Part shown: piece after piece, positions 52,898-64,000 of the stretch | How positions within the stretch are numbered: position 1 is the first letter of the stretch | Layout: every line of letters begins with the position of its first letter | NCBI GenBank assembly: GCA_964304625.1 | Contig: OZ199839.1 | Span: 5,648,311-5,712,310 of the forward strand | DNA length: 64,000 bases | Direction of reading: 5' to 3' | DNA from: Kudoa neothunni | Lineage: Eukaryota; Animalia; Cnidaria | Translations under genes and position numbers: made by a program | Notes under the pieces: model-generated | Database searches by the model: none | The model's input: the letters and a program-made list of their open reading frames with translations, nothing else | Told to the model about the DNA's origin: nothing

Positions 52898-53005
52898 TAT
52901 ATACTGGATAAATGTCGTTATTGTTTTAATATGTAATGAGTGAAATAAATATTAAAAATCTCTGCTCGCTTGTGTAATAATAGGAAAGCAATCTGACTTG
53001 CTTAA

Positions 53006-55362
53006 CCCTTTCGGTCCCAGTGTTCACTGTAGTGAATAAACCATTATTTTGGCTATCACATATTGAATATACATATATTGAAAACCAAACGTAAATTAAA
53101 CTGAAGATTTTAATATTTCTAATTTGTATCATAATTAAGAAATAACAACATTTTATTGAACGATACTTTTTACTTAATCCAGATTAAAAAATTGCAATCA
53201 TATTCTGTTTATAAAAGTATGCTTTATTTTATAAATAAAACCAAACTAATATATATTATGGATGTAATATAGGGAAAGAAGACACAACTTGAAATAAGAC
53301 AACAGGATTCACAAATCAACAAATATTTAATACTATTATTGTAGACATACTTATTTGTTAATCCTTACAATAAATACTTATGGTCAGTTTATTTTTTCAA
53401 ATATTCACATTGATACAATAAGTAAAAAATGTACACAGCTATAAAAGCATGTGTTCACTACGGTGAACAAGGGGCTTCAACGGAACTAAAATTTCGGATC
53501 ATAATGGATCACGATTCCAGAACAACAAGGTCAAAAAATGGAAAAATACAAACGGAAGTTATAATTCTTCCATGTGTTGATATTTCAGATCCTGATATGT
53601 ACTTTGATGATGAATTTGATCCAATAAAACCGAAAATGTTGGGGAATCCTCTACTAGCTCGTCGGATGAATCGGTTGCTGTGGAAGAGGAAACAGATGTC
53701 AAATAGACTACTTTAATTTCTTCTTTGGCAATGAACTAATGGAACTAATAGTATCGCAATCAAATATTCATTCCATTCAACTTGGATCGACTTTCCGTAC
53801 ACATGTTGGGGAATTTCAAAAGTTCATCGGCGTTCTTATCTTGAGGAGCATCGTTAGGACGCCCCCTTACCGCTGTTATTGGAGTAAATCCCTGAATTAT
53901 CCCCCTGTTTCGAATATTTTCTCCAGAATTCGTTTTCAGCAAATCCTCAAATTTTTACATTTTAATAATAACGAAACTCTTATAACGAACCAAAACTCAC
54001 CCATTTTCGTTCGTTTCGCGAAAATTAGACCTTTCCTTGACCATCTCAGGATGACATGCTTAAAAATAACCCCAGAAGCACGCAATTCAATTGACGAGCA
54101 AACGATTCCTTTCAATGGGAAAATGTAAAGCAAGACAATACCTCTCGAAAAAACTTTCAAAGTAGGGCTTTAACGTATTTGCTAAATGCGGTGATAATGG
54201 CATCGTGTATGACTTTAACATATACGATTGGCAAAAGACCTACGGTTGTGCAAAACTGTAGTCTAATCTCAGGAGACTTTGTTGTTAAACTATCCGAAAC
54301 TCTTCCAACTTCAAAGACATATTTCCTTTGTTTTGACAACTATTTTACTTCCATCCCACTAAAAAGTATTTCTAAAAACCCCAAATATATACTCAATACT
54401 CAGTTGGTACAATTCGAAGAAATAGAATAAAAATTTCTCCTTAACTCCCCAAGGATATCGAGAAAAATGGTTGCGGAGCGTATGAAAGAGCGCAGGATCT
54501 TCATCAAGATATTGTGTTATCTCAATAGTTACATTGGCCTCAACGCATTCTTCTTTGGAACCCAGTCTCTGTGTAAGGAGATTTGATAAACGCCTCAAAC
54601 GAATGGTTATTGTTGAGTGTCCTAATGTTGTTTCTGAATACAACGAAAACATGGGGATGTTGAGCTATCAGATATGCTGGCGGCATTGTATAGATTAGAA
54701 CATAAATCTTTAAAATTTTACATGAAAATTTTCATGTGGGGTCTAAATACAGCCATTATTAATGCATAGCTGCTATATCGCAAAAACTCCTCCATAAGAA
54801 GGACGCCCAGAAAGGAAATGAAAGACTTGTCATCATTTACAGAATCCATAAGCGAATCACTTATCTACTATAAAAAACTGGCAGTAATACCAAAGCGAGA
54901 TAGACCAAGTATGGATGTGGGTGAAGATTATGTTGTCATTTATTGCCCCAAACTCCAAAAAAAATAATATACTATCAGATTCCATTAGATTTGGCAATGT
55001 TGGTCATTACCCTACGATGAATGAATCCAAAAATAGATGCACAGTCTATGTAAAAGGAACACACACTTCGCATGTGTAAAATGTTTGGCAACTTGTTGCA
55101 TTGTTAAAGAAAGGAACTATTTTTATGATTTACACGTAAAAAAAATAATTATTTATTAGTAACATCTATTTTTTTCTCATTTAGAAATTTTGTGTTTTTT
55201 ACCGTTGGAACCAGTTGTTCACTGCAGTGAATAAGACAAAAAGTGTGACGAATTGGAACTTAGAAAACTCTTTTTACATTAAAACTTTAATTTTACGGTT
55301 TTTAACACCTCTTCTATATAATAAATTTTGTTCTAAAGAAAAAAAAATTGGAATCGAAAGGG
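53006..55362 (+). mobile_element. piggyBac (PGBD3-like) transposon, pseudogenised transposase
   Basis: TTAA TSDs at 53002-05 and 55363-66; TIR CCCTTTCGGTCCCA / TGGAATCGAAAGGG; fragments RFQQILKFLHFNNN, KIRPFLD, SIDEQTIPF, FDNYFTS, EYNENMG and a C-terminal Cys domain. Confidence 0.92.
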
Positions 55363-58300
55363 TTAAGAGCATAATATAAAAATGTTTAATTCAAGTAGGG
55401 CAAAGTTTCGATACAACTAAAAACAAGGACGGAATCTTTTTTTAGATGTATACATAAATACGAAAATAATGTAGTTAAAAACATTTAAAATTAAGTGAGA
55501 TAATGTTAAAGGATTAAGTTTTTACAAGACGATTGCTCTTGAGATGACACTGTTTATATTTATAAGATAAATACGAAATTACTTGTATTTATTGTATACA
55601 ATAAAGCTAGCTCAAAATAAATATTAGTATCCAAAAAGAATAAATTTCTTAATTTTAGTATCATTAGTGGTCGGATTAGTTTCTTCGGCTGGGGTATTTC
55701 TTAATTCTTTAGTCCTGAAATTTTTACAACTCGTAATTAATTCCAAAATGGTTGATCCTATAAAATGTATTAATGATGGCAGATATATTTATCAAATTAT
55801 TAAAGAATTACAAAAATTACTAGATCAATTTTAGCTTTTTCTCTCAAATTTTGAGGCCTTTCTAAATATAGAACAATTTTACTGATCCCAAAATATCACT
55901 AGTTCTATAAAATTTTGGTATAAGAAATATCTCATTTATGGTGAAACCAGTATTACCAATTTATATGAAGGAATATTTGATTCATATATGAATTAAAATT
56001 AAAAAATTCATAATGAATAATGGAACATTATATCAACTCTATAATATATAAGTTAATTCAAAACGTCAGAATTTGTTAAGCGTCTAAAGAGTTGAGTAGT
56101 AGGTTGTACCCGCAAAACAAAAACAGAGTAAAAATTCACCCTCAACTTTTTTTCTGAAGATTGTCTCAAATAAAATTTAGAACTTACTGGAAAAATATGA
56201 GGTAAATTGATGGAGAGAATTTTGAATAAATGACCAATTATTAAGCAGGTATGCGCTGCGCGCATGCGCGAGAATCTTTATGATAACATTTCTTTGGAAT
56301 ATTGATTATATTTATAAGCTTTTTTCTTCCGTCATTAATTCAGTTAATCAATCTTTTTAAACAAATCGTTGTAATATTACGCATATAAATACAAAATGAT
56401 AAAAAAAGTGATTATTTAATAAAGCAATTATATATCACTAAAATGCTCTCTACTACATGAAACTAAATAAACTAATATGGAGTCATCAAAATTTGATAAG
56501 TTATCGCTAAATTTAGGAGAAGATGGCATGACCCGCTTATTTTTGTATGCGCGTGCGCAGAAATAAAACGTATTATTTTTGTTTATTTATTCATTCTTTA
56601 AGCAATTGAATTTTCTAAGACGTTTTAAAACTGATATTTTAAATCAATTTGTAAATGAAAAATGTGAGGTTAGATGTCTACCTCAATTTTACTTAGAGGG
56701 TATTTTTAACTTAACTTTTTTGAAAAACGGCCAAAAAATTATTTATTTGTTTTTCTGAAAGCTTTTACAAAAAAAATTATAAAAGCTAGATAAGAGGTAT
56801 TTTCCATTAATATGCTATAATATTTATAGCAATGTAAAATGGGTGGAATTCTCTCTCAATTTACTTAGAGAGTTAAAGGATGAAAGGAATTTAATAAAGA
56901 ATTCATATTGAAACATATATAAGACGGTTCATCTAATTTTAGAATGAAGCAATAGCAATATTCCGGAAATAATCTTCATATATGTTGATTTTTTAATCCC
57001 CGGACAGATTAATAAATACCAACAAGTTGGATGTACCTTAGAATATGCTGGTTGGAAAACTCATTCAATACAAAAAACGTTATAACATTCATCAAAGAAG
57101 ATAGGGATAAAAGAAAAATTATTTGTAATGTTATTAACAGGATTCATTCAACAAGTGCTCGCATGGTTACTCAAATAGGAACATTTTGTGAATAGTGTTG
57201 TAAGGATACAAGGAGAAATGTATAAATTTTACTCAATCGACTTATAGAAATATCATTTAGCAGTTGTTTGGTAATAATTATTTTCGATATCACGTGTTTA
57301 CCTTTAGAATTTTTCATTAATTATGATAAAATTCAATAATTTTATTGTTAATCTACTTAATTTACATAAATATTATTGAAACAAACAAAATTAATTTTTT
57401 GAAGCTTGAAAAATATTATTAGAGTTTTAAACTTATCTAAAAAAATACGTTTTTCCCAAAAATAATAAATTTTAATATCAGTTTTGTCACAGCTGGCTCA
57501 TAGTTACTTTTTTCTCCATTGAATATACCTACTTCATATAAAGAAGCACAAACTTTGAACATATTAGGATAAAAAATACCCAATAATTATATTTAGTATT
57601 TAATTTTAAATAGTTGATTATACAAAAATACTAATGAAAATTTCATATCGAAAAATAATTCAACTAAGAGAAATTAAATTGAACGTTTACCTAAAAAAAT
57701 CTACAGTCGTCTCTGGATGGTACGAATTTTGATATTGCTTAATGCGTTCTCATCAATATCTAACAAATTTATTTGGTTCTTTAAATCACAATAATCAAAA
57801 CCCTTTATATTTATAATTTATTATACTACAGAAAAAATTTAATAATTTCATTCTATATATCAAAACCCGGATATTACGCATTCTTTTTATATCGCGCAGT
57901 ACTATGAAAAGTTTGTGAGTTTAACAGTTATTAAATAATTAATTTAAGAACTATTCAATAATTTTTAAAAATAATTTAACTGTAAAAAATTATCTGATAT
58001 GGAAAAAACTTAAAATAATATACTATTTATTAATTTATTTGTTATAATAATATAAATAATTCATTTATTAATGATCAAAAACTGTTAATCTATATTTTGA
58101 AACAAAAGCACTATATAATTAATTTACATAATATTTTAATAAAACTGAGGTTATTAGATAAATAATTTAAGTTAATACTTTCGTTCCCAAATTTTCCTTT
58201 TTCATCGAGAATTTTTTAAATTAAACTGATATTAAAATTATGTATAATATGAATTTTATTTTTTTAATAATTTTAAGTTGTTTTTAATCCGTCCATTGAA

Positions 58301-58977
58301 ATGAACAATGAGAATGAAAGGGTTTAAATATTTATATGTATGATTGAATTATGCGTTAAAACAAGATGAGGTCCGTGACAAGTCCATCGAACTCCTTAAG
58401 AGTCCCTCCAGGCAGAAAAATTAAGAACAAACGTTATAAAGTAAATGTCTAATAATATTTTTTATAAGCAAAACTATATTACCTCTTTGGAATATGGAAA
58501 CTTTTAGGTGTACAATATTTCAACATCAAATTGCAAGTAAGGCGGATCAACTTTCAGGTGGCGCGGGTGCCATTATTAGATCACAAATTTACCCCAAATT
58601 AGAGGTTTTATGGTAACAAAAACACATCCAATCAGCGCATTTTATGTTTCTACGATAATTTCAATGATTTGGGCGCCATTTAAAGGTTTATTAATACGAA
58701 ACCCGATGATTAAATTATTCATTTGAGTTTGTTCTCTATATGGTTGTAAATTAGATAATTTACTAAAGGGATGATACAAACGTTCGTTTCGGTTATCAAT
58801 GTTCTAGAATCTGGATGCTGGTGTTTAACTAATTGTTGTATTACATATACGATTTTGCGATCATATAATCTACCATGATTAAATTATATAATGGCTGATT
58901 TCGTCTTCTTTTAATCAAAAATAAATATTTGTTAATAAAGCATCATCAAAATAATGGAAATTTTTAAACTCAATTAA

Positions 58978-60124
58978 CCCTCCAATAAATTTGGGGTAGA
59001 TTTTGTTCCCAGCGAGGAATTTTTGGATGATTACGTGACCTGTTTTCACTTCATAGGATAAACAATTTTTTCTAATCATCCAAAAAAGTTAATAAGATAT
59101 TATTTTAAAATATTATGACTAAAAATAGAAAATCAGAAAAATTATATCAAACTTACACTCCAATGAATTTTTGGGTTAAAAAATCACTCCAGATTTTTTT
59201 ACACCAACTGATAGATAAAATAACAATTATTGCATAAATCAAAGTTTAGGTTTATCTGCTGACTAAATTTGAAGTTATATGATTATTAGTTATGCTTTTT
59301 GATCGCGTGACTTTCTTTTATATTTTAAACACTGCGATAATTGAGATCGATTCCACCGATAATAATTAAATTGATTATGAATACTTTACAACTTGTATGT
59401 CGTAAGAATCTGACGAAATTGAAAACTTTGAGAATTGGGGTCAATCTACAATCAATTTTTACAGCCTATAGTGACGTTTTTCTATTAAGTTGATTTATTA
59501 TTTATAAATGCATGTTCAATTTACAAAAACAGATTTTTGAGACAATGTGGTTATGAGAAAATTTTTGAAAAAATGGCAAAGTTACTATCTTTCCATTAAT
59601 GGAAAAAACATCCTTGAAGCCCAAAATCCAAAGAGCTCAACCCTATCTATTCTTCTATAACTCAGCTCACCAAATAAATGAACAATATTTTAAAGGTTTG
59701 AATATTTTAATGTTTTTACGGAAAATTCATAACAACCCCGCTATTGCTTGTTTCAGGCGTACGAATCTGTCGCAAAATTCATTCCGAATGTTTGCGAATC
59801 CTATTCTCATTAAATATTCTATTTTGTCGCGTAAATAATAATTTTAATATTTATTGCATGATATAAATGTGAAATCTACTCAAACATTAAGCTCTAATCA
59901 AAAATTGTCATAGCGGATTTTAACGAATACAGCTTTCGTAGGATTACGAGGATTACTACTCAGATGTTAGTTGTTTTGCAGCTGAATCTGGCCATGGAAT
60001 TATGTCTATTTATATGTTCTTAAATCAAATATTTTTTGTGGTTCGAACTGAGAAATAAAAAACTGGGGTAATTTGTTACTCCAAAATTCATCGGAGTGCA
60101 GTCGATTTTTAGTATATTAAAGGG
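58978..60124. mobile_element. Non-autonomous piggyBac-like element (family with fragments at ~24273/24866, ~35460 and ~19268)
   Basis: TTAA|CCCTCCAATAAATTTGGGGTA..CCCA left end; GGGGTAATTTGTTACTCCAAAATTCATCGGAG..AAAGGG|TTGA right end; no ORF. Confidence 0.55.
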
Positions 60125-60562
60125 TTGAGCAGGATGAGAGAGATTTTATTCTACATCTTACGTCAATTTGATGTTGAAACACTGTATATAATCAATAAAG
60201 TATTGTAATTTAGCGAGACACTATATTATTCAATAAATAAAAAAAATTGTCTAATTTATCTCTAAGTTCTTTTTGAATTATCAATACGGAAGTTATTTGT
60301 ATTTTTTACTCTAATTTTTAATTAGTATGCTACAAGTTACCATAAAGTCAGCCGGAGCTAGTTTACATGCTTAGATTCGCCATTAAGTATGATAGTAATG
60401 GGAAAAATATCCTGTGATAAATAGATTTAAGTTGTTTGTAATGAATTCCGTAAGAAAAAAATCAACAAAACCAAAATAAGGCGTTATTTAATAAAACAAA
60501 TGAAAATTATTGGAAAACTGAGTAAATTCAGAAAAAATAAGAATTAGGTCACCAACTCCAAT

Positions 60563-63057
60563 TTAAGCTTCACCGCGAGATTCTTTCCATTCCTTAGAGC
60601 CACTTATTCGTTTGGTAAGGTTGGTGATGTCTGGTTCTGCGAAAATGATGTTCATATTGTCCCTCATGGATATTTTGGCTAAGGCTGAGTATTTCTCTTT
60701 ATTTATCCGCTTCTTCAACTTTATAGCAAGAAAATAAAAATCAATTGACTATCTAAGTCACAACCTAGGACACTTACCGACTCGTTGACTTTTGAAATAG
60801 AATGAGGAATGCACTTATGCCAAAATTTGTCTCTATTTCGTTGGATTATAGCAGGGTTTTGAGAGTAACGATAGGTGACATCTTTGATCTCATAATGAGT
60901 GATTGCAGCTATGTATATCAAATTTTTCTGCCAGCCAACCTCATAAAGAAGTGGTTTATCGTAAGCATTCTCACAACAGTCGGTGTGAACCCATCGTTTA
61001 AGTTTTTTTGAATAAACTTCAGTCCACATGTGGTCTGAGATGTCGAAAATGATACGTGCACTTAGGCCGAGTGAACGACAAATACATGTGAAAGCAGTTG
61101 ACCATTCGCCGCACCTGCCTATTTTAGTTTCTAGGAACAATATTTATCAATGATGCTGTAAGAATTGTCAATAACTCCTTACTCAAAATTTTTAATGGAG
61201 AAGTATAACGAGGAAATCGAAAACAAGCGTTACACCTGTTACAAACGTATAGTTCAATCATTGAGGCACCATGAAAGGTTTCCTGTTGAGTTGGAGCAAC
61301 AAATTGCTTGGCATTCATTCTAATACTGCATTGCTCACAGACGGGGGATTGAAACCATGTGAAAAAATCATCTAAGACACATTGAGAATTGGAATTGCAA
61401 GAGATGAAACGAACTTTTGAACCAATCGAGAAGCGCTATTAGAAGACGATCTTCATAACCCAGTCCAGAACAAAGTTGTCTATTATTTTTAAGTTCTTTT
61501 GCTTTCGCTTTGATCAAAGTAACTGGAATGGAATTTCTAGTAATCCGGTGAACTCTCGGAGATTCAAGCACACGCATAATCCTTAACTTAGAGCACAATC
61601 TTAAAAGAAATGACTCCAATTCAGGCTATTCGAAAATAACACCAATAATGCAAACATATATGTTGAATTTACAACAATTTTCGCTGAATATTTCATTTTA
61701 GGGAATGATTTAGGAATCGCATCATTTGGGTAAAAGCGTTCTGCAACCAAGCGATTTTTGGAAAATACGTCCAAGCAATCCATATACGATAGTAGCATTG
61801 TAGGCGATTTACCATAAGGATAATTTAATGTTCTTTTCTCCTAGGATATAATTTTGAACGATTAGAACAAAATTTAACAATATTTAAAAGCAAATAATCA
61901 GTCCCGTAACTATCAATTGATTCGGATATAATAATTAATGCCGTAATTTTTAATAATATACACTTTCATACTAAATAATAGCCAGTATATAATTAAGTAG
62001 CAAATTTATTTAGGAAAAGCTAGTCATGCAATAAAAAAGAATCAGTACAGGTTCGTGATAGACTTAAGTAGAGGAAAATATTATAATTTAGCAATCAATG
62101 TAATTTCGGTATATTCTAATATGAGAATTTCATTTAATTATATTTTAATTAATTTTAATCTAAGAAATAACATATATTATTAAAATTCCAACCAAAAATT
62201 GCAAAAATGTATTTAAATATTAATTCTATTCTAAAAAAGATTAATTTAATGGGTAATTGTTGTGGCTCGAAACATAAAATTAACAAACCCTTTTCAGTCC
62301 AATCTTCAACAAGTGATATATAGATCCAGGCGTGTGAGAAAATGTTTTGATGAATTTCTCAGGTTCCAAAGGAATTGTGCGGTCGTTTGAGCGTGTACGA
62401 CTGTATGCTATCATTAGCGTAGCTTTAAGCGCCTCTTTCATATCATATATTTTTTCGTAGTTTTCAGTATTGATCGCATGTAACCCAGTTTTTAGGACGT
62501 TTTTTTCAAAGATAGACAACATTACACGAGTACTATTCTATAAAAATTAATAATTACTTGCAGTTTAACTTTTCAGTCACATAGCTAAGCGCCCTTTCAA
62601 GATGTGAAATGCTTTTTGCAAGTAGGCTCCATCGGGTCAGATTTCGAGCAAAACGACAAGAATCATGTATGTATGTTCCAGTGGTGAAAAATATTTTTCT
62701 ATGGTTTCTAACATCAAAAATAATAGAAGTAATCTAAAAATAATCAGGTATAAACAATAAACAAAAAAAATTTATGATTAAAAATACTGGGCATTTAAAC
62801 ATATCAATTTTGAGATAAATCAATGAAGGATACACGTTTGCCACCGAATCCATATATTTTGATAACTCTGTGGTCTCAAATATATTCCTAAAATTTCACA
62901 AAATTGCATTTTTTTAATACATTAGTTTATTTATGTGAAATAATTACAAATGACGGCAAAATATGATAACAAAATGACCAAAAGGATCTTTATTCATGAT
63001 TTCCCGGAACTCATTGTCACTTTGTATACTTCTGGAAATGGTAAAACGTTTGCTCAT
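60563..63057 (-). CDS. NGLY1: Peptide:N-glycanase paralog B: Trx-like + PUB-like + Zn/transglutaminase core, intact, no PAW domain
   Basis: Same 9-exon structure as paralog A: MSKRF..SDNEFREIM..VIIFCRHL|NIFE..VYPSLIYLKIDMFKCP|ITSII..ALSY|NSTRV..RTIPL..PGSIYHLLKIGLKR|EKRTL..|PELES..LLDWFK|NDFFTW..CEQC..CNRC..RFPRYTSP|KTKIGRCGEW..DHMWTE..WVHTD..YEVGWQK|LKKR..RISGSKEWKESRGEA*. Confidence 0.92.
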
Positions 63058-64000
63058 AGGTATTCTTACAGTTAACAGGGAGTTTTTTTTGTTTTATTTT
63101 TAATAGATAACTCGCGCATAATTTTTATTTTTTTGTTGATTATTCGAAAAAATTTCCAAGGTTCTCTATGTCAATTTAACACCAGTTAGACTTAAAATTA
63201 TTTATGCCGAAATTTCGTGGTAATGTTACCCCTAATGTTTAACTTTTCTATCTATAAACTATTCGATATTAATTTTTAGTTCCTAGGTGATTTTTGTTAG
63301 GTCTTTATTACTAGGTGAATCGATAGATACCCATGAGTGTTTCTTATTGATATCAATAGAAAATTAAATAAATTAAGCGGAATTTTAATTAAAAATTAGT
63401 ACCTATTAGAGAAACCATTGGAAATTAAAATATCGTATTAAGATATCCTAATGCAGAAAAAAATATTTCGAAATATAAAAAGTAATTTTAGAAAAATAAT
63501 AATGATAATGTAGAGATTTTGTTGTTTTAAGAATCCGACGCACTTTTTAAGTCTAAAAGTCTCCAGAAAAGATTGTTCTTATATTCTGATTATTTTTCCA
63601 AAATTAATACCTTATATGGTCGTTAAATAAATGATATTTATAAATTGGAGCCTTTTGGAATCATTTAGATTCCAAAGTTTCAATCAATAAAACATTAAAG
63701 ATTTTTTTAGAAACCTCTTATTTAATTTGAAAAGATTTATGTCAAAAATATATTTCTTTTATTTCTGACAATTCTAGTGATATATCATGGGTTAATTTAA
63801 AAATTAATTTAACTAAAATTTTTGAAAGCATTACATATGCAGATTCTCAAATTTTTTAACCCGGATCATTCCATTTATGAGTATTCTGACAAAATAGCAC
63901 TTTTCGAGTGCATAATTTCAAAACCTGAAAAATTTTGTATAGGAAACGTAAATTTTACTACATGCGATAGGATAGACACATAATTGATGAATCAACTGAT

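Overview
AT-rich eukaryotic (very probably animal) genomic DNA with mostly very short (~35-60 nt) GT-AG introns and dense, nested DNA-transposon debris. I rebuilt spliced genes by hand. The left third holds housekeeping genes: TUBGCP4 (runs off the left edge), a tightly packed BPNT1 <- / CRLS1 -> / <- SPCS3 trio, and a decayed TOP3B-like pseudogene. The right two-thirds hold, all on the minus strand, a multi-domain FN3-like type I membrane protein, a mucin-like 8-aa-repeat membrane protein, and two 9-exon peptide:N-glycanase (NGLY1/Png1) paralogs. Both PNGases have an unusual architecture: redox-dead thioredoxin-like fold + PUB-like domain + Zn/transglutaminase core, with no PAW domain. This is the most notable finding. 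Mobile elements include three piggyBacs, a DD34E Tc1/IS630 element, a pogo-like remnant and MITE, a hAT MITE, a long-TIR MULE, a degenerate autonomous Helitron with its own 322-bp mini-derivative, and four copies of a second non-autonomous Helitron family. Several otherwise intact genes need one base removed to stay in frame, which is probably consensus error but worth testing. No rRNA, tRNA or CRISPR was seen. Homology calls come from remembered family motifs, not database searches.
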